64,000 bases of DNA, taken from assembly GCA_946965045.2 (NCBI GenBank), contig OX337234.1, positions 3,534,001 to 3,598,000 on the forward strand. Reading direction: 5' to 3'. This document shows, piece by piece, positions 1 through 13,355 of the stretch (position 1 is the stretch's first letter; the number at the start of each line of letters is the position of its first letter). This DNA comes from Epithemia pelagica (lineage: Eukaryota; Protista; Bacillariophyta). The notes under the pieces are model-generated. The model was not told the origin of the DNA and ran no database searches. It worked only from the letters and a program-made list of their open reading frames with translations. Made by a program: the position numbers and the translations under genes.

Positions 1-572
1 TGCTTCTCGATGGCTTATGCTTCGCTTCAGGGTCGCCTTTATGCACAGGATCAGTCGTGGCGATCATTCACGAGTACCTCTGGGACTCTCAATCGTGTTG
101 GTCCCATTCACGAACCTCGCAGGTCCTTCGAGTCCCCGCGGGAGCGAACTCTTGATGTTCCTCTCGGCTACCTCCTTATCCCGATGTCAATTTGTTATGG
201 TAGTTGCTTTATCCAGACATGGAAGAGCGGGATTACTGGTGTTGTTGCTCGACCATTGCCTTCTCAACAACCTCTTGTCTCTCTAGAAAACCAGAGTCGA
301 ATATGTTCTCCTCGTCGCCCAGATACCACGGAGAAATCATGGAGGGTCGTTTGATGACAGTTCTCTAGTAGAAAGGGTTATAACAGATGGTTGGATTGAC
401 TTTCTTAATATTGTGTTTCCCCCGCTTATTGCTAGGTATCTGTGTATACTATCATATGAATTGAACGATCTCTCATCTGGCATGCGTTTTTGTGGGTCTG
501 CATCGAAGAACTGCCAGTGAATTTGGTATTGACATAAAACGGCTTCCTCCTCCAATGGGGCTGGTCTTTGTA

Positions 573-3500
573 TTAAGCCACGGCGATGAGAGGTCCCTCG
601 TCTTGAAAGGGCTCTTCCTCGTCCTTCAAGGAATCGTCACTATACTCCCGATGATTTTTGGAGTTACCTTGTTGTGATCCCACAATAACTCCTCCGGATT
701 CAATTTGTTCCATGAGTTTCTCTCGATCCTTGTTGTCGCCAGACAGGATCAGGTCTTGTTCGTCTTCGAGAGGATCGTCCTCTTCTTCTTGTTCCTTGGC
801 AAAGGCTTGGAGGGCTTCTTCCTTGAATTCTTCGACAATTTGTTGTCCTCGGGCAAGCCATTCGAGTTTGTTGCGGGTGGCATAGTTCAAATACTCATCA
901 CTCGATACGCCAAAGACACCGCATTCCTTGAGTTTCTTGGCCAGGGGAATAATGTAATGTTCCAAAAAGCCCAATTCGCCTTGATACCAAAACTCCGAGG
1001 GATCCTTGGTTCCACCACGACCCTGTTTGTAGGCCCGGTAGAGTTCCTGGAACAAGCGACCATTCCATTTTTGGTAAATTTGAAAATGTTGCATCGTATG
1101 GGCGACATCCGAAGCTTGAATCAAGTGCTCCAAGACAATCGTCGCTTTGCGATTGACAATGTCGGTCGCATCTTCGTTGGGGGCACCCTCCGAAAAGGCT
1201 GTGGCCCAACGACGTTTTCGTTCCGCTCCCAAATCCTTGTCGGCAATCTATGTAATTCACCAACAACACAAGTGTGTGAGAACAAGTCATGCAAGAACAA
1301 TCCATGTTGTTGTCATGTGTTAGATTCCTTACATCTGTCGCCATGACGGAGTTTACCAAGAGTTGACGGAATCGTTTAAGTTCGGCGGTGGTAGAATAAA
1401 TGGCGTATCGAAGATCCTTGTACTGATCTTGCATCAACAACCCCCAAGCCAAACTCACGGAATTTTGTTCCGCCACACTCTTGTTCTGGTACTGCAATGC
1501 CAGGGGATCTTTTTCCTTGACCAGTTGGGCATTGGGCACACCGGTATGATCCAAATCATGGATAATGGCCGACAAGGCACCTGCGAAGATGATAGATATA
1601 TGTGATTCAACAACAATGAGTGTCTGGAAATGAGCAAAGGAAAACAATTGCATGTGCTCATGGACTGCTGGACTCGAGATGATATGTACTTACAAGCAAA
1701 CTGGGTAAGTGGATCCGAGGTGATCCCGTAGGTGTGGTCATGGAGCATCTGTTCTGTATTGGTTTGTTGTTCGTTGTCGGTAGTATCAAAGGCCGGCGCA
1801 ATAATACGGGACATGAGTTTCACGACGGACATGGCCACATGAGAGGCATGTTCAAAATTGTGAAAAGGATTGTCCTGGTAAAAACCGGCAATTTCGGTAA
1901 CCAAGAGCTTGAGCTGTTCCTTGACAATATCCGACAGTTCTACCCGTACTGATGTACGACCGCTGTTGGACGACGTGTTGCAAGGAGGGAGTTTGATGAT
2001 TTCTTCAACCTCATCGAGAATCATGCCACCTTGTCGGGAAATGGCTTGCTCATAGCGACGAATCTTGTCAGGTGAATCAAACTTTGTACCAGTAGCAACT
2101 CGGCGTTCCATGACCTGCACAAGCAACTTGAGCAAAATCTCCACGTTCCATCGGATCAAACGAGCCTCCTTTTCTTCAATATCATTTGGATCTTCAATAT
2201 CATTTGGAGATATCTGAAGCGGACGCATGTACTTGCTGATTGCCACTGGCTTGGGCTTTCCTTCGGTGGCCGAATTGGAACTGGTTGTGGTAGTTTCCTT
2301 GTCGTGCTTACTCTGATCGGAGACCGAAGAGCCTTGTAGTCCTTTGACTTCAAGCCAGTGAGTTTGCAACAAGCCTTTTCCTTTGGCTTGTACGAGATCG
2401 GTTCGTTTGTTGCACCAATGCCCCTTGTTTGCTTCGTTGAGGAGATCGGCCGTTTCTTGCGAGATTTGAATCTTGTGCGGATGACTGGTGCTCTCCATAC
2501 GAGAGGCCGTATTCATGGTATCTCCAAACAACTGAAAACGTGCTCGTTCGCCGCGCAGCACACCGGCGGTGACAGGTCCTGAATGAAGACCGACACGAAT
2601 CGTCAAGTCGGCCGTATCGGGTCCAAGACTAACCTCCAGTTGTTGCGAAAGTGCCTGGAACCGATACATGCAATCCCGAGCAAAGCGTGCCATGACGACG
2701 GCATGATCGGCCCGAGGCTGCGGAAGTCTGCATGGTTTGAAAGCAAAACAAAATAAAGTGAGTGAGATACTTGAGCTACACAATCAATAACAATAAGCTC
2801 TTAACCCTTCAAAAACCTACCCAGCAACAGCGACATAGCAATCCCCTACAGTCTCCACTTTGAATACCTTGCGACGATGGACTCTGAAACGAAAAAGAGA
2901 AACTCAAGAGTGTTAGAATGTGGCTCATAAAGTGGGTGGCTCAAAGTAGATCAACATGGTATTGTGACCAGCGAACAACTTACATGGAATCAAATTCTTG
3001 GTAAATAGTTTCCAGCAGTGTAAAAACTTGTTTGGGTTCACGGGTGGAACTCCAAGCCGTAAAACCAACAATGTCGGCAAACATGATGGTCGTGTTTGGG
3101 AAAAAGTCGGCAATGGGATCGCTTCCGTTCGCAGGGTCGTCTTCCCCATTGTTCTCGGAGAAATCTGCCACTCCCACGGCAAAGGCAAGTTTCTTGGCTC
3201 GTTTTTCATTGTTCTTTTTCTCGGCACGTTCTACTTTTTTCGTGGCGTCCGCAATCAACCTTTCTCCCACCGTCTTGGGGAACAGGGATTGAATTACGGT
3301 GGTGGTTCTTTTTGCCGCCCTCATGACTTTGGTTTGCCTTCTTCCTACCAGCCAGTCATAGACAGCAAACACAGAACAAGCCACCACGAATACCGCCAAC
3401 AAGACTGCCGCATACAGAAAGGGCTTGGATGAATGATAGTCCGACTCAAACTCGTTACTGGGATAAACTCTCAGCGAGTAGTCGCAATGGCGAGCACCAT

Positions 3501-4947
3501 CAATTGGTCCTTCATACCGCGCAAAGACGGCGAACTCCGATCTTAATCCAAGATAATCGTACTTGGTGTCATGAAGGTCTGCATGGCCCTGAAAGTTGAC
3601 TTCACCGGCATCAATGACAAAGGTCATGTCGCTCTCACACGTGTCATGAACATCCACGACAAACCCATGGACGTCTTCCGGACGACTGGTCTTGAAGTAC
3701 GTGCTCCATGCTTCTACAGCCATGACGGCTCCCACAATTGTCCTTGATTCCTCGTCAAAGCTATCAAAGACTGGTTCAAGAATGATACTTCGTGGATCGT
3801 TGAGATCTTCTTCGGCCTTGGTATGACCCAACAAAAAGCTCAAGTCGGTCACTTCGGAAAGCATTGTGTGTTTGACCAGCAGCATGTCTCGAAGACTTCT
3901 TTGGATGACCGGGTGAGAGTTGAGATCAATGTTGATCAAGCCACTGGAGGAAGCGTTGGGACCATACTGCAAAACCGGGAGCATTGCTTCTTCAGGAAGC
4001 AGGGTGAGGTTCGTCGACTTGACCACGCTTTCAGAAACGAGTTGAATGTCATGGACCGGCTCCATGTTCTCTGCCTCACGGGGACCAAACTATACCCACG
4101 AAAAAGAAGAACAATTCATTAGTTTCACTCACAAATGTATCTGTTTCAAAGAGACGGAAATAAGGACGAGGCAAGCTGCGTACCGTGTGAACAAAGAGAT
4201 TGGCTTGTTCCTTACGAATCCAATCCAACCACTCGTTTTGATCCTCAAACTGCACAAGAGGAGCAAACATAATGAGATTAGATCCTAGCAAATCGTTGAT
4301 TTCCTTTGTCTTTTGATGGAAATGAGGAAGAATCACATGGGGCCATTCGTCGTCCGAGTCATCAAGGGCATGGGAGGTAATGGCCGTGGAAAGTGTATGC
4401 AACTGTTGAAATACAGTCGTTGCCTTATCGTCAGCGCTTTCCAAGATTTCACGTCCGTATACTCCAAACTGAAGTAGTCGAGAAGCAAAAGAGAGAGGAG
4501 CATTGTAGTTGCGTGAGAATCAAAGGTACCATGACCACTTCTTTACATCAAACATTGGTGTTGACGTACCTGTTCTTCAAAGTCTTTGGTTTCATCTTGG
4601 GTGACATAGTACCAAGTTCCAATGGCAGTCGTAATGGCCAAGAGACCAAGAATGAAATAGACGACAATTTTGGAGGTAAAGACCGCTTTGGATTCTGCCT
4701 GGGCAATCTCGACCGAAGTCGAAGAATCCGAACTTTTCGAGGCACCACCACCTTTTCCACTGGTATCTCCACCAGTGGAGGAGCCTCGGTGATTTTCATT
4801 CAAATCATCATCGTTGCCCACAATGACGGAATCTTCCGAGGAAGAATCCTCCATCATCATGGCACCTGCTTCCAACATGGTTGGATCGTCTCGGTTAGCC
4901 ATGGTGGCTGCTGCCTGACTTCTCTTCTTGTTTCCAAACCTTTTCAT
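573..4947 (-). CDS. Receptor-type guanylyl cyclase-cyclic nucleotide phosphodiesterase fusion (GC/PDE), 7 exons, ~1262 aa
   Basis: Exons 4570-4947, 4184-4468, 2984-4089, 2821-2883, 1694-2727, 1333-1580, 573-1247 join in frame at GT-AG sites (3789 nt). Two TM segments flank an extracellular region. Class III cyclase motifs FADIVGFT, KVETVGDCY, RVGLHSGPV, FQLFGDTMNTASRMES; PDE motifs HNFEHASHV, IHDLDH, ASDVAH. Confidence 0.92.
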
Positions 4948-6735
4948 GTCGTTGATGAAATCAATGCGTTACCTGTCCGTTTGTGCCAAAAAGGTTTTTA
5001 TGAGAAGATCGATTTGTTGATCAGAGAGAGCGGTGTCTTTTCTGTGGCAGGTCACCTGTCCCTTCCAACTTTCTTCGGACAGAACCAGTGGAGTTCCATG
5101 ATCAGAAAAGAGAAAAGATTGATATAGTTCTGATTCTCTTTCGCAAATGACTGTGCTTGAGTGCACAGTGTCGCTTTTTGGTGTAGAAGCAAGTTTGGCG
5201 TAAACCCAAACAACCAATCTCCAATCTCCAACTGCCCCATGACCATCCATCGGCAAACTTCCCGAACTCCTCGGTGTCTCCTGTATCCAGTTTCCACCGA
5301 TAACCCATAACCCATGAGAATGAGAGAATAGAAGTTAAGAAATCGAGTATCGAGTATCGGGCAATGTACAACTACAGAAAGGAAAAGGAGAAAGGAGAGC
5401 AATGTATATTATTGTTTATTGTGGACATATTTCACGAACCGACAATGTTTCTCCTTTAGGATTTACGCTTGTGCGTCGTCGGTCATAATCTCTCTTATGG
5501 TTCCTTATGAATGATACCAATCACGGAGAAGTGTTGTTTGCATGATGTGTTGGTCGTTGGTCTGCTGCGGGAGGTTCCTGCCCTAATGTTTGTTATGTGC
5601 AACACATGTTCGAAGAGGATTATGAAAGTGTCTCGAGAGCGATTATTGTTCTTCCGAGTTTGAATGTACCCCTACCAAACCATTCAGCCATGGGGTATAT
5701 CCTCCACTGGATTCGCTACACTGCAATTGGACAGGGATGTCTGTGAAGATCGGTTGCGCATCCAGGGCTTGTGTCTTCAATGGCAGACATGCGTGCAGAT
5801 GGGGGAATGCCAAAACCACGGCCACATAACTTTGTTATCCATTCGTGGATTCGTGCTCCAACAGAGAGGTAGTTTCTCCGGTTTGAGATGGCAACCAGCA
5901 AGGACTGTCCAACAAGGAGACACTGCTACAGTAGCAATCAAGATTCTGAACATCGCTTTCCTCTCCTGTGTTTGACTAAATGGTCTTCGGTCGAATGAGT
6001 AGTGTTAGGTCGATCTCTCAAGACCTACCTACCTAGGTGGGCTACGCCGCAAGTCGCAAGTGCTAAACGCAGACTCACTTCGCAATGTAACCCGTGTTTG
6101 AATCACCCAACGTCTTTTTGTGAGTTTTCTGGCGCAATCTGCAATCCAAGAAAGATGCACCGTCCCCAATGAGAACCTTGCGCTCAATCCTCAATAGGAA
6201 ATTGTCCATGGCACACTTTGAAACTAGGTAGGGTTCGTACCAAAGAGCCTCTGAATGGATTGTCCCCAAAGGAAGCAAAGATTCAAAAGGAGGAAGGTTC
6301 ACAGTAGAGGGACCAACATTTGTTGCCACTCTTTACGAAATTGTTTCAAGGGCAACAAGGCTGCCGTGATGCCAAGATTCTTGCGCTATTAGCATCTTGT
6401 TCCATAGGACTCGTGTGCTTCTCGTCCATTTGTTTCTTGCTAGGCACCCATGACTTGGGTTTTGTTTACACACAGAGGACACCACATGTTCACGTTTTTC
6501 TATCGTTATAACAAGTTACGTTCTATTTAGTTCAGAATGCAGTATGAATGGAAAGTTTTGTTGTGGTTCTCCTAGTGACAATCGTCTGTCTTTAGAGGAA
6601 TGCAATCTTCGTTTGCTGTTGCTTTTTCAACAGCCGAGAAATCAGGTCGAGAAAGAAGGACTCCATGTACGACTTGTGACATGTGCTCGGTTTTGCCAAT
6701 GTGGCATGAGGGGGAAATGCTCAGAACAACGCCAC

Positions 6736-9700
6736 TCATCCACAAAAGAGGAACATGATCATCCAGCCGGCCATGGTCATGGTGACCAAACCTGAAAGGG
6801 ATGGATGTGACATGCCATGTGCGGCCGAGGAACTTGCACCAGTGGGTGGAATTTTATCGTCATTGTCATACACTTGTGGCTCCAAAATGGTGGGTTCGGA
6901 AATGGATTCCAGTCTGGACAAGGCAGCGGGATACTCGGCAATCAAGTCCACCCTCAATTGTTCCAACATGCTCGTCGTGGTTGTACCATCTCCATCTCCC
7001 GACAGCTCCACAAGAACATTGCCATTCTTCATGGCCGCAAAGGGTGCCGCAATTGCCTCCTCGGCTCCAAAGTCCACCAACTCCATGGGGCGATGGAAAA
7101 ATACGTGTTGTTGATAACGCATAATCAGAACGGTTGTGGCATTCGTACCATCATTGCTGTCGACATTGGGTTCAATACGTTGGTCTCGGTACTCCAAGAC
7201 AGTTTCAAAATTGACAACTTGCATGTACCGCATATCTTGGGGTTCTTCAATTTCTTCTTCTTCTTCTTCCTCCTCCTCCTCCTCCTCCTCCTCACTAATT
7301 GTCGTCGAGTTTGTATCTTCGTAAGTATCGGTACTATTGTCTTGTTCCATGAGGTGTCGGCCTTGTCGATCCTGCACTTGTTGTTGTTGTTGCGCGTGAC
7401 GTTGCACGTTGGTCGAAATGGATGCCTCCTCGTCCATGGAGGAAGAGTTTGTGGCATTCATGACGGCTTGGAAAAAGTCATTGAGCATCGTCTCGATCCG
7501 ATCCAATACATCATTGGCAATGTCCAGATCCAATTCTTGAGTAATCCCCACCAATTCCAATTCGACATTGGGCAAAGTTTGATCCACCACCACCCTACCA
7601 TTGTCCAAGACGGCACCATCTTGGGATTCTCGGGTCGGTGCCAGACTTGGTGGTGATCCCAGGTTGTCGTTGTCGTTGTTGTCGTCCAAGGTTGGTCGGA
7701 CGGTCGGCATGGCAGTGGGTGTACTGGTGGGTGTCTCGGTTGGGGCATTGGTGGGTGCCACTGTGGGAGCTGATGTGGGTTCCGGAGTCGGTGCTGGTGT
7801 AGGTGCCGGTGTCGGTGCCGGTGTCGGTGCCGGTGTGGGTTGGGGCGTCGGTGCCGGTGTGGGCATGAGGTCTTGCACACACAGGACAAAGGCTTCGGAA
7901 TCCACCAAACCGGCTCCCAATCCACCGATATATTTTTCCTTGTTATTGTCCGCGTTATGGATGGGATCCAAATCTTCGGCCGTCGAATACAAACAGCCCA
8001 AGAGTTGTTCGGGTGTGGCACCCCGATACAAGCGTTTGCCCAAGGCCAAGACACCGGCCACATGGGGACAGGCCTGACTGGTTCCAGATTTGCGAACATA
8101 ATTGCTGTTGTCTCCCAAACTCAAAATGTCGCCACCCGGTGCACTAATGTCAATGGTCGGTCCGTAATTGGTATAACCCTGGGCAATCTTGTCCGTGGAC
8201 GAGACGGCCGCCACGGACACGACTCGTTCATGGGCGGCGGGATAAAAGGGTTCATTGCTATTGGCATTGCCGGCGGCAAACAAGACAATTGTGCCCTGAT
8301 CGACGGCATAGTTAATGGCGTCCCGAATCGGGCCACCGAGAAAATTGGGATTCTTGTACCCCCACGAATTGGAACTAATGGCGGCGCCATGATCGGCCCC
8401 GTAAATAATGGAGGCCCCATAGCCACCGGATTGGCCAACGCCAAAAATGACCGACGTGAGGACGGTGACTCCCACATGACTGCCATTCGGATCCATGCCA
8501 CCGACAATGCCGGCCACGCCTTCGTCATTGTTGGTACTGGCGGCAATGACACCGGTACAATGCATGCCATGATCACTTCGTCCCTTCAAATCGGTATGGC
8601 CATTGGCATGATTGTATCCCAAACAATCGTCCACATAGCCATTCCCATCGTCGTCCTTGCCATCAAAGCAATCCGTTTCTCCGTCATTGGTCCATAAATG
8701 GACTATAGTATGTAGGTAGTCGGGGTAGTTGTGAGGGAGAAGGGGCAAGTTTCATCGAGAAACGCAGTTCGGGGGAGAAGGTGAGAAAAAGGGAGGGGGT
8801 GAGAAACAGAACCGAAAAGAACCAGCTAACCAACCATTCCAACAAAAACAACCATCGTACCTTGGACATCGGGATGATCGGCTTGCAATCCGGTATCGGC
8901 TAAATGAATGACAATTTCATCGTCGGGATTGTCCCCATTGTCCACGCCATTGTGGTTGGGCCACCATCCGCCATACTGTTGTTGATAATTGTACAAGACA
9001 TTCCAAGCCTCGGGCGCTCGAATGGTTTGCAAATTGGTTTGTTCGGCAAACCGAGGATCGTTGGGGTCGGGAACTTGAAGGGGCCAGATCCAGGCATCTT
9101 CGTGCTCGACTTCTTCCTCCAAGATTTGACGACCCAACCGGTGAAACTCTTCAGCGTCTTGTTGTTCTTGTTGTTCGAGGTGCCAGAGTTGCTTGTTTTG
9201 AGCTTGTCGTCGCAGTCGATGTTGCGTGTAGGCCGCCGGTTCCATGGGCAACTCGACCTCAACCTTGGCCACCATTTTTTTCGCGTCTGGATGCGTCTTG
9301 AAATACTCTTGCAAGACTTTCAACACTTTGAACGGACCATGTCCTTTGAATCGCGTGGGATCCGGTTCCTCATGCTCGTTGGGATGAATGGAAAAGACAT
9401 TGGGAGTTCCCGGTTCCGGTTCCACCAGGATGAGGTCCGTGCCACTCTTTTGCCCATCCGGCAAGTAGGGACAATTCATAATGTACCACTGGGCAACGCC
9501 AGACTCCTCATGCCGTTGCAACAGTTCCGGGTTGGTGGCTTTGGGAACGAGGGATTCCGCATGGGTACAATACTCAATGGTCGCCATGGTCATTTCTCGA
9601 AGGGCCTGGACTGTGTCGCTCCGCGACAAGTCGTCCTCCAATTTAAACTCGATGCTATTCTCCACCAAGACATGATCGAACGTACTCATCGAACTGGCCG

Positions 9701-10070
9701 TTTCTTCCGTATCGGCGTCCTTGTCAGTTTGCTCCGTTTGTCTTCGCCGTTGTTGTTTTAAAAATCGTTTGCGGACTTGGGCCTGTTGCCACAATTCTTC
9801 TTGCTGGACCAAGAGTTGTTGCACGTGTTCGAGGGAGGGATGAAACTTGACGGCCGTTGCTACATGGACACTCGTCACAACCAGAAGCAGAACCAGACAC
9901 CACAAACTGGACCAGCACGGCCGTACGAATCGATTTGGGGATTGCTGTGGTGATCGTCTTGTGGTGGTTGGAAGGGATAATGATGATAAGGATGATAAGG
10001 ATGATGATTGCCGTGCTGCTACAGAGGGTTTCCTAAAACTGGAAGGTGCTGCTGCTGGTGGTCGATTCAT
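6736..10070 (-). CDS. Subtilisin-like serine protease (S8) with long prodomain, Pro/Thr stalk and hydrophobic C-terminus, 2 exons, ~1058 aa
   Basis: Exons 8861-10070 and 6736-8702 join in phase 1 (intron 8703-8860, GT...AG). Triad motifs LADTG (Asp), HGMHCTG (His), GTSQACPHVAG (Ser); oxyanion AAGNAN; DDDGNGYVDD insertion. The start could be further upstream (ORF open to 10238). Confidence 0.9.
7770..7862 (-). repeat. 12-bp coding tandem repeat (PAPT units) in the subtilase stalk
   Basis: GGTGCCGGTGTC-like units encoding PTPAPTPQPTPAPTPAPTPAPTPAPTPEPT. Confidence 0.85.
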
Positions 10071-11826
10071 TGTCCTGGTTCGTTTTTGTGAATCTATAGA
10101 TGTTTGTTGTTGCTGTGGTGGTTGTTGTGGTGGTTGTTGTGGTGGTTGTTGTGGTGGTTGTGTTGCTTGCTTGCTTTGTGTTGGTTGGAGAGTGAGCCTC
10201 AATCGACAAACCAAACTTGTGTTGTGGCAATCACACAAGCTGCTCGTGTCGTCGTTTTCGTTGTTGTAGGAATAACGCGTTCGTCACACTGCTGCGATGT
10301 TTTGTGAGAGATGGAGGAGACACAACCGAAAAGGACAACTCTCTCTCATTCACACACAATGACAACAACAAAAAACAACAACAACAACAGACAATCAAGT
10401 TGCTCTCTGGAACTATGTGGTTCGTTGGGGGCTTTGTGGTGTTGTGGAGGAAGAGAGAGAGAGAGAGAGGCATTGCCGGAACAGAGAGGATAATGGCATT
10501 TTTCCTATAGCCCTGCTCCCCACTTGTTGGTTGGCAATAGTGGATAAAGTTGAAAGAGACTCGAGGCAATGATAAAAGTGAGAAATTTATATATGCTTTA
10601 TGGACAATCAGTCCCATGAAATTGTTCCCAAGTCATTATCGACACGTCATTTGTGACTCTGTTCGTTCTTTGCCGCAGTCAATCACGGTCCAAACTCGAT
10701 CGTTCGAAATTTCGGTCACGGATGCCAAGATGCGAAATGGCAGGGCATCTACTCCTCCTCGAATTACGCAGGCAATAACATCCTTTCCGAGATCAAATAT
10801 TAGAATCCTAACATTCTGTCAAAGGCTTGGTAGTTGAAACGATTCCCTACCAGTGACATTGCAAATCGCAACGGTCAAATCACACGGACGGTGTGGTTGA
10901 CGTGCTGGGAACACCGAGCGCGACCGTGGTCGAACATGAATGGGACTGAGCTATGACGACGTAAGAACTATCCGTAGCTGAAGATGATGTGTCAGTCGCG
11001 CAAACAATGTGTGCAGATGTGGCCGGACACGGATGCATTCGGGGGAGAGAGACGATGGATTTGGATACCGAGAAAACGAGGTCAACCGTCAAAAATAGAT
11101 ATCTCGGTATAGGAATGTCCACATGCATCAAGAGGGCCCAGGCAATTTTTCCAACCGACTGAAATAAGGCAAGCGTTATTCGGATCTCTTTACCACGGAA
11201 AAAAGCCGTTGACGAGAGAGAGAACAAATAGCTCCCCGTGCATACTCGGCTCCCTGGCGTCGAGATTCCTGCACAACTGTACACGTTCACGCTAACTCGG
11301 AATGTCAGACCAGGGATGACTCAATCATGTGCGGTTGACCAGAGAACACAAGAACCAAAGAACAGGTTGAGAAGGGAGGATTCGTTTCTGATTTTTGGAT
11401 TTGGTTTGGCGCTGTCCACCGAGAACAAAGAGTCAAGCAGTGATGCGGTATGCACGAGATTTGAAACAAGGACCACCATGAATCGGTCAAGCAGTCATGC
11501 GCCGACAAAGAGAAGGCAGAACCAAGAGTCAAACAATCCACGTGTTGTCGTCGTCGTCAAGCAAACGTTTGTGCTCTGACAGACCACCTTGCATGGTTGT
11601 TTCGGAGCGAATTCGAATTCTCGTTGGACAGCGGCCAAACGCAGTGAATCCTCGTTTGTCACTTCCTTTTGTGAGACTACCACCAAGACGGTCCAGAGAC
11701 TTGAGAGTGGCTCACAATTTTGGGATCGCTGCAAACCCAATCCGAGGTTTGCGGACAACCTTTTCTTGTTCCAAAGAACAACAAACCGACACGCGCATTC
11801 TCCAAGAAATCATTATCATCATCATC

Positions 11827-12498
11827 ATGGTACGATTCTGGACGACCGTCGTGACATGGACCTTGGCCATGGGATCTTCCTGCACCATCATGGCGCACAA
11901 CCAAGAGGAAACAATGGGATTGCGTGGCAATGCCCATGCTGCTGCTGTTGCCACGGAAACGAACGACAACTCGTTTGTGCGCTTCTTGCTGGAGGACTGG
12001 TTTGGCAGTCATAATAACAACAACGACAACGACGAAAAGACCTCTAGGGCCATGACGGAGCATGGCACTCGCGACTTGAAAAAGGTTCCTGTGGTCAAGA
12101 AGAAGAAACCCGATGGAGGAATTGGTGATTTGCTCAAGGATAAACCGACCGGTATCAAACCTGGTTCCTCGACCATTCCTGACCAACCGGGGCGTGCGCT
12201 TCGTGCCAACAGTGATGTCGAACTGGAAAAGAAAAAGCCCAAAAAACCCAATCGTGGGTTGGTCATGACGTCGTCCATTCTTCCCAGGAAAATGAGAGAG
12301 ATGACCATTCCAGGTTCGACCGTCGTGGTGTCGTCCAATAACGATCAACCGGATCGTGCGCTCCTCCGTGCCAGTGATGGTGATATGGAACGGAACACGA
12401 AACAGGGAACATCGACCATGCCCCATCGTGGTGGTCGTCAATTGGAAAAGAAGCCTCTTACCATGAAAATGACCATGACGATCAAACCAGGCAAGTAG
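11827..12498 (+). CDS. Secreted Lys-rich precursor-like protein with six RXL motifs and internal repeats, 223 aa
   Basis: ATG at 11827 followed by a hydrophobic signal-like segment (MVRFWTTVVTWTLAMGSSCTIMA); RFL, RDL, RAL, RGL, RAL, RQL; related segments DQPGRALRANSDVELEKKKP / DQPDRALLRASDGDMER / GGRQLEKKP. A possible GC donor (AG|GCAAGT) lies at the 3' end, so the gene may continue. Confidence 0.6.
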   Translation: MVRFWTTVVTWTLAMGSSCTIMAHNQEETMGLRGNAHAAAVATETNDNSFVRFLLEDWFGSHNNNNDNDEKTSRAMTEHGTRDLKKVPVVKKKKPDGGIGDLLKDKPTGIKPGSSTIPDQPGRALRANSDVELEKKKPKKPNRGLVMTSSILPRKMREMTIPGSTVVVSSNNDQPDRALLRASDGDMERNTKQGTSTMPHRGGRQLEKKPLTMKMTMTIKPGK

Positions 12499-13244
12499 AG
12501 GCAGTCTAGTTTTCCGTTGGACTTCTAAAGTTTCCCCACCACACACGCATAAAAATGGACCAAGTCCAATGAGAGCGGACCTACAAACCTTTTTCAATAA
12601 ACGGTAATGTTACCATATAATCTCAGAAGACCACATTGCAAAAGTATCTAGATACGATTCACAGAATCTCGTCTACTTGTCGTGCATTTCCTCTCCGTTC
12701 CAAGAACGATCCATGTCGAACATCATGGATGGTATATCCATTGTTGCAGTCTACATTATGATAGGCTCGAAAGATTCGAATATTCCTACGAGAGGGTATC
12801 ATCTATTCGAAATAAATGTCGGTATTCATAGCACTATCTGTCAGAGGTAACTTGATGGCTGCTGATACTTATATATAGTTCTACCACCTACCATGTATAC
12901 TCTCCCGTTTGGAACAGTCTGTTGTTGTGTCGATACCAGTGGCGCTTTCTCTCTCTCTGTGTCCAATCCCAAACATTCTTTTGTTTGTGCCGTCCTTTCA
13001 TGCTCGGCTATCTATTCGCAAAAGAGGCAACAATACTAAGGTCTAGAAAGAGAGAAGCCGCCGTTGAAACTTGCCATGAAACCAAAGATTGCCAAGTTTA
13101 CGAACTCTGGGACTGCTGCATCTTTCGTGTTGAGACATGCTTCTGACTAGTATCTTCTACAGTGCAAATAGGATAACCAAATATCTTGTCAATGAAAGTT
13201 ATAGATCACTTAAGTAGAGCAGTATATCATTGATGTTTTCTGCT

Positions 13245-13299
13245 TCATGGTTCACTGTCCTCTTCTTCTTCTTCTTCTTCCTCTTCCTCTTCCTCTTCT

Positions 13300-13355
<56 letters not shown>

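Noticed and set aside
337-555. Fragment RSFNSYDSIHRYLAI, faintly like a piggyBac transposase motif
   Set aside because: No downstream DDD motifs in any frame, no TTAA/TIR seen, and it overlaps the expected GC/PDE 3' UTR.
5643-6329. Short ORFs between the GC/PDE and subtilase genes
   Set aside because: No motifs or consistent splice structure; treated as intergenic or unidentifiable remnants.
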